Made by a program: the position numbers and the translations under genes. From the NCBI GenBank assembly GCA_005879585.1, contig VBKG01000327.1, positions 11,932-75,931 of the forward strand: 64,000 nt of DNA, written 5' to 3'. Position 1 is the first letter of the stretch. Every line of letters begins with the position of its first letter. Source of the DNA: Deltaproteobacteria bacterium. GTDB taxonomy: Bacteria; Desulfobacterota; Binatia; DP-6. The notes below the pieces were generated by a model. It was not told where the DNA came from. It was given only the letters and a program-made list of their open reading frames with translations, and ran no database searches. This document shows positions 44,496-52,972 of the stretch, one piece after another.

Positions 44496-46358
44496 TTACG
44501 TGCCCGGCCTGGCGCCGTCTTCGGCGACGCCAGCGGGCGGCGATCCCGTACGGCGCCGGAAGCCACGCGGCAGCAGGAGGTGGAGCGGCAGGACGCGCTC
44601 GCGCCGGCGCTCCGCCTCGAGGCCGCGGACCCGCGCCTCGAGCAGATCCGAGAGCGCGATCATGCCGAGCAGCCGTCGGCCCTCTCCGCGCTCGACGACG
44701 GGGAATCGCGTCCGCCCCGTCTCCGCCATGCGGTAGACGACCGCGCGCAGGGGCTCGTCGGGGTACGCCACGATGGGATCGGGTCTGACGAGCGCGCCCA
44801 CTCGGACGTCGGAATCGCTCCCGGCGAACGTGAGCAGACCGTCGAGATCGCGACGGGTCACGACGCCCACGAGACGCCGATCGGTGTCGACGACCGGACA
44901 GAGGAGCTGCCGGCGGGGGCGCTCCGCGCGCAGCGCCGCGAGCTCCATGCTGGCCGGCAGGGCGACCACGTTCCGGCGCATGACCTCGCGCACGAAGAGA
45001 ATCTCCAGCGGATCGACGGCGTACTCGCGACTCAGATGGTAGCCGCGCCGGCTGACCTTCTCGGTGAGGATCGACCGGCGGAGCGCCAGCACGGTGAACC
45101 CGTGCGCCAGGGTCACGGATACGAGAAGCGGCAGCAGCATGTTGACGTCGTGGGTGAGCTCGAGCGCGAAGACGATGCCCGTGAAGGGTGAGCGCATCGT
45201 CCCGCCGAGGATGGCGCCCATGCTGACGAGCGGCCAGAACCCCGTTCCCTCGTCCGGCAAGACAAGCGCTTCGACGCCGCCGAGCGCACCGCCCATCAAG
45301 AGGAGCGGGGCCAGCACGCCGCCCGAGGTTCCCGAGCCGAGCGATACGCTCCAGACGACGGACTTGACGAGCAGGAGGCCGATGATGACCCGCCCCGCGA
45401 CCTGACCCTGGAGCAGCGCGCCGATCGTGTCGTAGCCGACGCCGAGCGCCTCGGGAAAAACCAGACCGCCCACGCCGACCACCAGGCCGCCGATCGCGGG
45501 CCACCACATCCAGTGAAGCGGCAGCCGCGCGAACACGTCCTCGGCCGCGTAGACTGCGCCCGTGAGGACGACCGAGAGGGCGCCGGCCGCCAGTCCCGCG
45601 AGCGCACACCCGACGAGGCCCGCCGGGCCGATGAAGAGCGGATGCGCTGGCGCGAGAAAGAGCGGACCGAGACCAATCACGTAGCGGCGTGCCGCGGCGG
45701 CGCTGGCACTGGCGAGCGCGACCGGAACCAGGCTCCGCGGCTTCCACTCGAAGAGCAGCAGCTCGACGGCGAGCGCCACCGCCGCGACGGGCGAGGCGAA
45801 CGTCGCGGACATGCCGCCCGCCGCGCCGGCCACGAGGAGCGTCTTCCGTTCGGCGCTCGTCAGCTTCAGGAACTGCGCGATCATCGAGCCGAAGGCGCCG
45901 CCGGTCATGATGATCGGACCTTCGGCACCGAACGGGCCACCGCTCCCGATGGAGATGGCGGCCGAGAGCGGCTTCAAGAACGCGACCCGCGGCTCCACGC
46001 GGCTGCCGCGGATCAGGATGGACTCGATCGCTTCGGGGATCCCGTGGCCACGGATCCGCTCGGAGCCGTACCGCGCCATCAAGCCCACGACCAGCGCGCC
46101 GGCGGCGGGCACCAGCACGACGAGCCCGCCGAGGTGGTGGCCCGCCGGCGAGACCAGCGTGACACCCCAGCGCTGGAAGAAGAACAGGTTGGTGAAGAGC
46201 CCGATGAGGCGCAAGAGGGCCCACGCGACGCACGTGCTGAGGAGCCCGATCGCGACCGCGGCGACCGACATCGGGACGACCCGCCACGTGGTCGTGAAAT
46301 CGCCGAGCTCGCTGGCGCGCGCGGAAGCGAGCTCCCTGACCGTACCGGACGCGCTCAC
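44496..46358 (-). CDS. ClC-family anion channel/transporter with C-terminal CBS pair
   Basis: GHGIPE, GAEGP, GGVLAP signature variants; many TM helices; VREVM...PVVD and FPVV...LGMI CBS repeats; GTGA overlap with marR. Confidence 0.92.
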   Translation of the reverse strand: MSASGTVRELASARASELGDFTTTWRVVPMSVAAVAIGLLSTCVAWALLRLIGLFTNLFFFQRWGVTLVSPAGHHLGGLVVLVPAAGALVVGLMARYGSERIRGHGIPEAIESILIRGSRVEPRVAFLKPLSAAISIGSGGPFGAEGPIIMTGGAFGSMIAQFLKLTSAERKTLLVAGAAGGMSATFASPVAAVALAVELLLFEWKPRSLVPVALASASAAAARRYVIGLGPLFLAPAHPLFIGPAGLVGCALAGLAAGALSVVLTGAVYAAEDVFARLPLHWMWWPAIGGLVVGVGGLVFPEALGVGYDTIGALLQGQVAGRVIIGLLLVKSVVWSVSLGSGTSGGVLAPLLLMGGALGGVEALVLPDEGTGFWPLVSMGAILGGTMRSPFTGIVFALELTHDVNMLLPLLVSVTLAHGFTVLALRRSILTEKVSRRGYHLSREYAVDPLEILFVREVMRRNVVALPASMELAALRAERPRRQLLCPVVDTDRRLVGVVTRRDLDGLLTFAGSDSDVRVGALVRPDPIVAYPDEPLRAVVYRMAETGRTRFPVVERGEGRRLLGMIALSDLLEARVRGLEAERRRERVLPLHLLLPRGFRRRTGSPPAGVAEDGARPGT

Positions 46359-46798
46359 CGCCCGCGCACCGCTCGACCCGGCCGATCGCCCGTCAGCGCC
46401 GCGAGTGAGCGCAGAAGAGCCGGTGCGACGGCCCGCAGCTCGGCGCGGTGGGCGAGCGAGAGCCGGGGCAGCACCCGCTCGCCACGTGGCGTCAGTCGCA
46501 CGACGACCTGCCGCCGATCGGTCGTTCCCGGACGGCGCCGCACGAGGTTTCGCGCTGCCATCCGATCGATCAGCTCCACCATGGTGTGGTGCCGGAGCTG
46601 CAAGCGATCGGCGAGGACGCCGATCGTGGCGGCGGTGCCGTCGGGCATGCCCCTCAACGCGAGCAGCACCTGATGGTGCTGCGGTTCGAGACCCGCGCCG
46701 CGGGCCGCGTCCTCGCTGAAACGCAGGAGGCGGCGCAGCTGACAGCGGAACTCCGCCAGTGCGCGGTATTCGGCGACGGTCAGCCGCTCGTCCGCCAC
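46355..46798 (-). CDS. MarR-family transcriptional regulator
   Basis: GLEPQHHQVLLAL...TIGVLADRL...ELIDRM...LVRR...DRRQVVVRLTPRGE. Confidence 0.92.
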   Translation of the reverse strand: MADERLTVAEYRALAEFRCQLRRLLRFSEDAARGAGLEPQHHQVLLALRGMPDGTAATIGVLADRLQLRHHTMVELIDRMAARNLVRRRPGTTDRRQVVVRLTPRGERVLPRLSLAHRAELRAVAPALLRSLAALTGDRPGRAVRGR

Positions 46799-46805
46799 GT
46801 CGGCG

Positions 46806-46834
46806 ATTATATCGCAGAGCGATATAAATGCCAG
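46806..46834 (-). promoter_or_regulatory. marR promoter with overlapping palindromic operator
   Basis: TTATATCGC-N3-GCGATATAA (46807-46827) overlapping a perfect TATAAT located 7 nt before the GTG. Confidence 0.8.
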
Positions 46835-46849
46835 CCCCGCCTGGCGCGG

Positions 46850-47029
46850 TCAGGCCGGCTCGCGAAGCCGCGGGAGGAGGCCCTTCAGGAACGTTTCCGT
46901 CTTCTTCAAGTTCTCTCGAAAGCTCATGCTCTCGGTTCCCGCGATCTCCATGCGGAGGTCCGAGAGGTAGCTCTCGAGAACGTCGCGGAGCATGCGGGCT
47001 TCTTCCGGGGTGAGATCGACGCGAGCCAT
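46850..47029 (-). CDS. Small hypothetical helical protein (59 aa)
   Basis: MARVDLTPEEARMLRDVLESYLSDLRMEIAGTES...; GGAGG SD and TTGCCG-N16-TATCAT upstream. Confidence 0.75.
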   Translation of the reverse strand: MARVDLTPEEARMLRDVLESYLSDLRMEIAGTESMSFRENLKKTETFLKGLLPRLREPA

Positions 47030-47090
47030 CGGGAGCCTCCTGCCCGGCGATGATAGCCCGGTCGGGAGGCACGGCAATCACGCCGCCGCG

Positions 47091-48461
47091 CTACCGCTCC
47101 ATCTCGATGAACACCGACGCCCCGTTGCGCCGCACGAGCAGCAAGGCTCGGCGCGGGCTCGCGGCGAGCGCGCGCCCGAGATCGGCCGGCGATCGCACGG
47201 CGCGACGGTTGACCTCGACGACGACGTCACCCGGCTCGACCCCCGCCTCGTCGGCGGGGCTGCCCTCCGCGACGTCGGTGACGATCACCCCGCTGCCCGG
47301 CTTGACGCCCAGCCGGCGCGCGTCGTCGCGCCCGAGGGCCGCCACCGCGAGTCCCCACGCCTCGAGGCTGCCGCCGCGCGACGGCGCGCGGCTCTCGCGA
47401 CGCTCCTCGGCGGGCATGCGGTCGACGGTGACGTCGACGGTCCGCTCGCGCCCCTCGCGCACGACGGCGACCGGCACGCGCGTTCCTGGCGGCGTGAGCG
47501 CGACCATCAGCGGCAGCTCGCGCGAGTGCTGCACGCGACGGTCGCCCCAGCGGACGATGACGTCGCCGCGCGCGATGCCGGCCTTGGACGCCGGCCCGCC
47601 GGGTGTCACGTCCGCGACGAGCGCACCTTCCGCGCCGTGCAGCCCGAAGGAGCGGGCGAGGTCCGGGGTGACCGACTGGACCGCGACGCCCATCCAGCCG
47701 CGCACGACGCTGCCATGCTCGCGGATCTGGTCGACCACCCAGCGCACCAGCGCGATCGGGACGGCGAACCCGATGCCGACGTTGCCGCCAGCCGGGCTGA
47801 CGATGGCCGCATTGATGCCGACGACCCGGCCGTCCTGGTCGACGAGCGGTCCGCCGGAGTTGCCGGGATTGATCGACGCGTCGGTCTGGATGAAGTCGTC
47901 GTACGGGCCGGCGCCGAGGAAGCGGCCCTTCGCGCTCACGATGCCCGCGGTGGCGGTCTGCGTGAGACCGAACGGATTGCCGATCGCCAGCACCCAGTCG
48001 CCCACCTTGAGACTCTCGGAGTCCCCGAGCGGCAGCGTGGGGAGCGGGTGCGCCGCCTTGATGTGGACGAGAGCGATGTCCGTCTTGTCGTCACTGCCGA
48101 CGAGCTTCGCGTCGAACTCCTCCTCGGTCGCCATGCGCACGCGGATCTTGTCCGCCCCCTTGACGACGTGGTTGTTCGTCACGACGTCGCCGTCGGCGGA
48201 GATGACGAAGCCGGAGCCGAGGCTCCGGCTGACGGCCGGCGGCTCGCCCAAAAAGCGGTGGAGGAAGTCCTGCATCGACTCCGGCGGTCCCTGTCCCTCC
48301 TCGCCCGCGCGCCCGACCGTCGAGATGTTCACCACCGCAGGCTCGGCCCGCGCGAGGACGTCGGCGAACGAGGGGAGCCGGTCCCCCGCTGCAGCCGGCG
48401 TCACTCCGAGCAGGGCGCCGAGTGCGACGAGGCCGCCCCGGCCCGCCCCGGCAGTCGGCAT
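47091..48461 (-). CDS. DegP/DegQ (HtrA) periplasmic serine protease, two PDZ domains
   Basis: SLGSGFVI, TNNHVV, DIAL, IQTDASINPGNSGGPL; signal peptide. Confidence 0.96.
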   Translation of the reverse strand: MPTAGAGRGGLVALGALLGVTPAAAGDRLPSFADVLARAEPAVVNISTVGRAGEEGQGPPESMQDFLHRFLGEPPAVSRSLGSGFVISADGDVVTNNHVVKGADKIRVRMATEEEFDAKLVGSDDKTDIALVHIKAAHPLPTLPLGDSESLKVGDWVLAIGNPFGLTQTATAGIVSAKGRFLGAGPYDDFIQTDASINPGNSGGPLVDQDGRVVGINAAIVSPAGGNVGIGFAVPIALVRWVVDQIREHGSVVRGWMGVAVQSVTPDLARSFGLHGAEGALVADVTPGGPASKAGIARGDVIVRWGDRRVQHSRELPLMVALTPPGTRVPVAVVREGRERTVDVTVDRMPAEERRESRAPSRGGSLEAWGLAVAALGRDDARRLGVKPGSGVIVTDVAEGSPADEAGVEPGDVVVEVNRRAVRSPADLGRALAASPRRALLLVRRNGASVFIEMER

Positions 48462-48465
48462 CCGG

Positions 48466-48867
48466 TCAGCTCGCCGCGCCCGTCCCGGGCTTCAGCTCGA
48501 CGACGTTGCCCTCGGGATCGCGGACGTAGACCGACGGGCCGATCCCGCGCGCGCCGTAGCGGACCGCGGGCTCGCCGATCATCTCGACGCCCGCGTCCTC
48601 CAGGTAGCGGACGAGCGCGGACATCTCGGTCGCCGCGATGCCGAGGCAGAAATGGTCGACATTGGCGCCGTCCGCGCTCCGCTCGGGCGACGGGACGAGA
48701 TCGATCATGCCGCGCCCCGCCCGCAGCTGGATGAGCCCGATCGCCTCGATGCGACGCTCCTCGACGAGCCCGAGGATCCGCGTGTAGAAGTCGAGCGCGC
48801 GTTCCGGATCGCGGCAGCGGAGAACGACGTGGTCGAGCTCCTCGACGCGAATCGGCCGCTCGCCCAC
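48466..48867 (-). CDS. VOC/glyoxalase-family protein
   Basis: LDHVVL...ALDFYTRILGL...DHFCL...SVYVRDPEGNVVEL; GTG start inferred. Confidence 0.9.
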   Translation of the reverse strand: MGERPIRVEELDHVVLRCRDPERALDFYTRILGLVEERRIEAIGLIQLRAGRGMIDLVPSPERSADGANVDHFCLGIAATEMSALVRYLEDAGVEMIGEPAVRYGARGIGPSVYVRDPEGNVVELKPGTGAAS

Positions 48868-48871
48868 CGAG

Positions 48872-48919
48872 TCAGACCTTGGCCCCGGGCTCGAGCTGCT
48901 CGAGGAGCTTCGCGACCAT
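48872..48919 (-). CDS. Putative 15-aa upstream ORF or gene remnant
   Basis: AAAGGAGG-cgag-ATG; MVAKLLEQLEPGAKV*; stop 4 nt before the VOC GTG. Confidence 0.5.
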   Translation of the reverse strand: MVAKLLEQLEPGAKV

Positions 48920-49018
48920 CTCGCCTCCTTTCGTCTGCACAGAGAGCGCGAGTGGCGGCGCCGTGTCAATTGCCCCGCGGTGCCGCCGCCGCTCCCGTCT
49001 CGTGCGAAGAGGCGCGCC

Positions 49019-50410
49019 TCACGCCGCGACCCAGTTCCCGTGGAAGCCGTACGGCACGCGGTGTGGCAGCGTCACGCGCGCCACCGGTTCCCCCGCGACG
49101 TCCTGGGCGTCGAGGATCCAGAAGTCGCTGGTGTCGCGCGCGGCGTCGTAGACGAGCACCAGTACCCACCCGTCGTCCTCGCCGGCCGACGCCGTGCGCG
49201 GCACGAAAAGCGGCTCACCGACGCCGTTGCCGGCGCCGAACCGCCGCTCCGTCACGCCGCCGCGCTCGAGGTCGTACTTGCGGACGGCGGTCCACAGCGG
49301 CTGCGCGCCGTCGTTCAGCTCCGGCTCGCGCGCTGCCATGTACCCGAATCGATGACGACGGCCGAGCCGTCGCTCGTCGACCCGCGGGAACTCCGTGACG
49401 ATGTCGTCGAGCGGGGTCGACGCGACGCCGCCGCGCGCGAGGTCGATCCGCCAACGGTGGAGGCGAGCCGCGTTGGCGTCACGGTACCCGGGCTCCTCGA
49501 CCGCGGCGGCGCTCATGAAGTCGAGTCGCCCGTAGCGGGCGACGTCGAGGACGATGGCGTCACCGTCTTCGTACGCATTCATCGGGTGGAAAACGTACGA
49601 CGGATCGGTGTCGAACCAGCGGACGTCCGCGTTGCCTCCGCGCCGTGGCATGATGCCGAGGCGCGTGCCACGCTCCGGCTCCCACGAGAACGCGCCGCCG
49701 CGCTCCGCGAGGCGCTCGAAGCTGAACACCAGCGGGCAGAGGATGAAGATCACGTGGTCCTTCGTGATCGCGAAGTCGTGCATCATCGACGGCCAGGCGA
49801 CGTCGATGACCTCGCTCCGCACGAGCGCGCCGTCGGCGGCCGCGACGTGGTACGTGAGGTACGGCGGGAACGGCGAGTAGCCGAAGAAAAGCATCTCGCC
49901 GGTCTCGGGATCGAGCTTCGGATGCGCCGTCATGGGACCGGCGAGCCGCCCGTCGAAGTCGTACTCGCCGACGGTGTCGAGCGGGCCGGCCATCATCCGC
50001 GTGGGGAGGGCGGCCTCCACGAGCGCGAGCAGCTTACCCGCATGCCAGACGATGTTCGTGTTGCCGGTGTTCTTGAAACCCGGAATCTCCGTGGCCTGGA
50101 ACTCGAGCAGGCCGCGGTAGAGCGCGCGGCCTGCCTCCTGCTCCTCGCGGAGCCCGCGGCTCAGGACGTAGCGGTTCCGGTAGCTCGCGCGCCCGTCGTC
50201 GAGCGTGACGGCGTGGATCATTCCGTCGCCGTCGAACCAGTGATAGCGGCCGAGCGGCGGGAATGCGGGATTCGGGCCGTTTCGGTAATAGGTGCCGTTC
50301 AGCTCGCGCGGGATCCGTCCGACGACCGGGAGGTCGCGCGCCGCGCCTTCGGTACCCCAGGGCGCGAAGTTGTTCTGGAGGAACATGTTCGGACTCGATT
50401 CAGCGGACAT
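49019..50410 (-). CDS. Carotenoid oxygenase (RPE65/lignostilbene dioxygenase) family protein
   Basis: RNGPNP, HWFDGDGM, four Fe-ligand His (TAHPK, MMHDF, VFHPMN, GFHGNW), EFPRVD, EPLFVP. Confidence 0.95.
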   Translation of the reverse strand: MSAESSPNMFLQNNFAPWGTEGAARDLPVVGRIPRELNGTYYRNGPNPAFPPLGRYHWFDGDGMIHAVTLDDGRASYRNRYVLSRGLREEQEAGRALYRGLLEFQATEIPGFKNTGNTNIVWHAGKLLALVEAALPTRMMAGPLDTVGEYDFDGRLAGPMTAHPKLDPETGEMLFFGYSPFPPYLTYHVAAADGALVRSEVIDVAWPSMMHDFAITKDHVIFILCPLVFSFERLAERGGAFSWEPERGTRLGIMPRRGGNADVRWFDTDPSYVFHPMNAYEDGDAIVLDVARYGRLDFMSAAAVEEPGYRDANAARLHRWRIDLARGGVASTPLDDIVTEFPRVDERRLGRRHRFGYMAAREPELNDGAQPLWTAVRKYDLERGGVTERRFGAGNGVGEPLFVPRTASAGEDDGWVLVLVYDAARDTSDFWILDAQDVAGEPVARVTLPHRVPYGFHGNWVAA

Positions 50411-51002
50411 GGACGGCCTCCTTTCGGGTGAGCTGGGCGATCATCGCGTTGCACACGAGCGCGACGGCGGGAGCCCCGGGTTTCCAGAAACCGGCGATCA
50501 GCAGCGACGTGACGCCGTGGACGGCGGACCAGAACGCGGCGGTGGCGTCTTCGACCGCTGCCGTGAGACGTCCCGCCGCGTCGATTGCGGCGACGCGCCG
50601 CCGCAGCCGATCGTACGAGGCGAGCGCGGCAGCGGTGGGCCGTCGCGCCGTGGAGCGCTGGAACATCAGGCGGTAGTGCGCCGGATGCGCGAGCCCGTAC
50701 TCGACGTAGCGCGCGAAGCCCCAGCGCAGCGCCTCGACGGGATCCGCCGGCGGCCGCCGGCGCGTGAAGGTCCGGTCGAATTCCGCAAAGCACTCGTCGA
50801 CGAGCCGGTCGACGAGTGCGCCCTTGTCGCCGAAGTGATGGTAGACGGTCGGCGGCGTCACGCCGGCGCGAGCACAGAGCTCGCGGATCGAGAGCCCCGC
50901 CTCTCCGCCGCGCGCCAGCAGCGTCTCCGCCGCCGCGAGGATCGCGCGCCGCGTGGCGGCCGGCCCCCGATCGCGGGCGCGCAGCGTCGCCGTGGCCGGC
51001 AT
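50400..51002 (-). CDS. TetR/AcrR-family regulator
   Basis: ILAAAETLL...LSIRELCARAGVTPPTVYHHFGDK; FWSAVHGV C-terminal motif. Confidence 0.94.
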   Translation of the reverse strand: MPATATLRARDRGPAATRRAILAAAETLLARGGEAGLSIRELCARAGVTPPTVYHHFGDKGALVDRLVDECFAEFDRTFTRRRPPADPVEALRWGFARYVEYGLAHPAHYRLMFQRSTARRPTAAALASYDRLRRRVAAIDAAGRLTAAVEDATAAFWSAVHGVTSLLIAGFWKPGAPAVALVCNAMIAQLTRKEAVHVR

Positions 51003-51009
51003 GGATCGT

Positions 51010-51039
51010 CGTATAGCGCCGTTATAACGGCGGCGTCAA
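51010..51039 (-). promoter_or_regulatory. tetR promoter with 16-bp perfect palindromic operator in the spacer
   Basis: TTGACG-N18-TATACG-N7-ATG; CGCCGTTATAACGGCG at 51017-51032. Confidence 0.75.
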
Positions 51040-51098
51040 CGCCCCCCCATCCCGGCCACGATTGCACTTCCGATCCACCCTGTTACGTGTGGGGCGCC

Positions 51099-52970
51099 AT
51101 GCGCCGGTCGGCCGCGCTCGTCGCCCTGCTCGCGGCGCTCGCGCCGTTGTGCGCTTCGGCCGTGCAGCTCGAGGCACTCGACCTCGCCCGGACGTGGCGC
51201 CTGAGGGCGCTGCGCTTCCGCGGCGTGTCCGCGGTCCGACGCGGCGACCTCCGCCACGCGATGAGCACCAAGCCCCGGCCGTGGTTCGCGGTGTGGCGGG
51301 CCCGGCCCCTCTTCGACCCCGTCGTGTTCCGCACGGATCTCGATCGGCTGCGTCAGTTCTACCGGACGCGCGGGTACTACCATGCGCGCGTCACGTATGA
51401 CCTCGAGCTGCCGGAGAGCGGCGACGCGCTCGTGGCGGTCGTCTTCATCGAGGAAGGCCCACCGGTCAAGGTCGTCTCGGTCGACGTGACGCTCGGCGGC
51501 GCCGAGCCGTCGCTCGCCGAGCGGCGCCTCCTGCTGGATCACCTGCCCGTTGCTCCCGGCCGCGTGTTCACCGAGGAGGCGTACGGCCGGGCCGACACGT
51601 ATCTGCGCGCGTACTACCGCGAGCATGGATACGCGCGCGTCGACGTGGCGAAGGAAGCGAAGGTCGACGTCACGCACGACCAGGTGCGCGTCGCCTACCG
51701 GCTCGAGAGCGGCCCGCCGTGCGTGTTCGGCGAGACCGTGATTACGGGCACGAAGGACGTCGACCCCGCGGTGCCGCGCCGCGAGATCGCCTACGCGCCC
51801 GGGCAGCCGTTCAAGCAGAGTCTCCTCGACCGGACGCGGCGAGACCTCGTCGGCTTGAACCTCTTCCGCGCCGTGCGCATCGAGGAGGACAAGGGGAGTG
51901 ACCCCGAGGTGACGGTGTTCATCCACGTCACGGAAGCGCCGCCGCGCGAGGTGCGGCTCGGGGTCGGCTACGATACCGAGGAGCAGATCCGCGGACTCGC
52001 CAGCTGGCGCCACTACGACTTCCTCGGCGGGGCGCGTCAGCTCGGCTTCACGGGGCGAGCCTCCTTCATCCACCGGACGATCGCCGCGGACTTCCTGCAG
52101 CCCCACTTCCCCGGCCACGCGAACCGCACCCGCGTGCTGCTCGCGGAGCAGGAGGAGGACGAGGACACCTTCACGCTCGACCGCTCCCGGGTGTCGCCGC
52201 GTCTCGAGTGGCAGGCGACGGAGCGGATCAACGGCTACGCGTTCTACCGCATCGAGTACGACCTGCTCTCCGGCGTGGATGCGCCCGTTCGGCGTGCGGT
52301 CGAGCAGTGCACCGTGCGGCCAGGGAACGTCAACGTCGTCTGCGGCCGACCGGGTGCCGCCCGGGACACCGGTATTCTCTCGGGGCTCGGGTTCGGTGCG
52401 GACTGGAACGCCACCGACGACTTGGTCGACCCGAGCCGCGGCTGGGTGCTCGGCGCAACCGTCGAGCCGGTCGGCGGCTTTCTCGGCGGCGACTTCAACT
52501 TCGTGAAGCTTGTGGGCGACGGCCGATTCTACCAGCCGCTCGTCGCGGGGTTCGTGAGCGCCACTCGACTGCGCCTCGGCACGGCCGAACCGTTCGGCAA
52601 GCACGACGAGGTGCCGCTCTTCGAGCGCTTCTACGCCGGCGGCATCGACTCGGTGCGGGGCTACGGCCGGCGGCGGATCGGCCCGCTCGTCGACGACAAG
52701 CCCATCGGCGGCAGGACGGTCGTCGAGGGATCCGCCGAGCTCCGCCATCCCATCACGGAGAAGGTCGGCGCCGCCGTCTTCATCGACGGCGGCCAGCTGA
52801 GCGGCCGGAGCTTCGACTTCCCGTTCGGCCGCCTCCGTTACGGCGCCGGCCTCGGCCTGAGTTACCGATCGCCCGTCGGTCCGCTGCGCGTCGACCTCGG
52901 CATCCCCTTCCAGCCGCCGGACGGCGATCAGCACTGGCAGGTGCACGTGAGCCTCGGCTCGAAGTTCTGA
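51099..52970 (+). CDS. tamA: TamA/BamA (Omp85) family outer-membrane protein
   Basis: Signal peptide, POTRA-like repeats (FYRTRGYY, YYREHGYA), FYAGGIDSVRGY, SPVGPLRVD, C-terminal Phe; precedes tamB. Confidence 0.85.
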   Translation: MRRSAALVALLAALAPLCASAVQLEALDLARTWRLRALRFRGVSAVRRGDLRHAMSTKPRPWFAVWRARPLFDPVVFRTDLDRLRQFYRTRGYYHARVTYDLELPESGDALVAVVFIEEGPPVKVVSVDVTLGGAEPSLAERRLLLDHLPVAPGRVFTEEAYGRADTYLRAYYREHGYARVDVAKEAKVDVTHDQVRVAYRLESGPPCVFGETVITGTKDVDPAVPRREIAYAPGQPFKQSLLDRTRRDLVGLNLFRAVRIEEDKGSDPEVTVFIHVTEAPPREVRLGVGYDTEEQIRGLASWRHYDFLGGARQLGFTGRASFIHRTIAADFLQPHFPGHANRTRVLLAEQEEDEDTFTLDRSRVSPRLEWQATERINGYAFYRIEYDLLSGVDAPVRRAVEQCTVRPGNVNVVCGRPGAARDTGILSGLGFGADWNATDDLVDPSRGWVLGATVEPVGGFLGGDFNFVKLVGDGRFYQPLVAGFVSATRLRLGTAEPFGKHDEVPLFERFYAGGIDSVRGYGRRRIGPLVDDKPIGGRTVVEGSAELRHPITEKVGAAVFIDGGQLSGRSFDFPFGRLRYGAGLGLSYRSPVGPLRVDLGIPFQPPDGDQHWQVHVSLGSKF

Positions 52971-52972
52971 TC

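Noticed and set aside
42257..51002. Genomic island integrated at tRNA-Leu
   Set aside because: The accessory block lies on the 5' side of the tRNA, with no integrase, no duplicated tRNA 3' end and no evident compositional shift.
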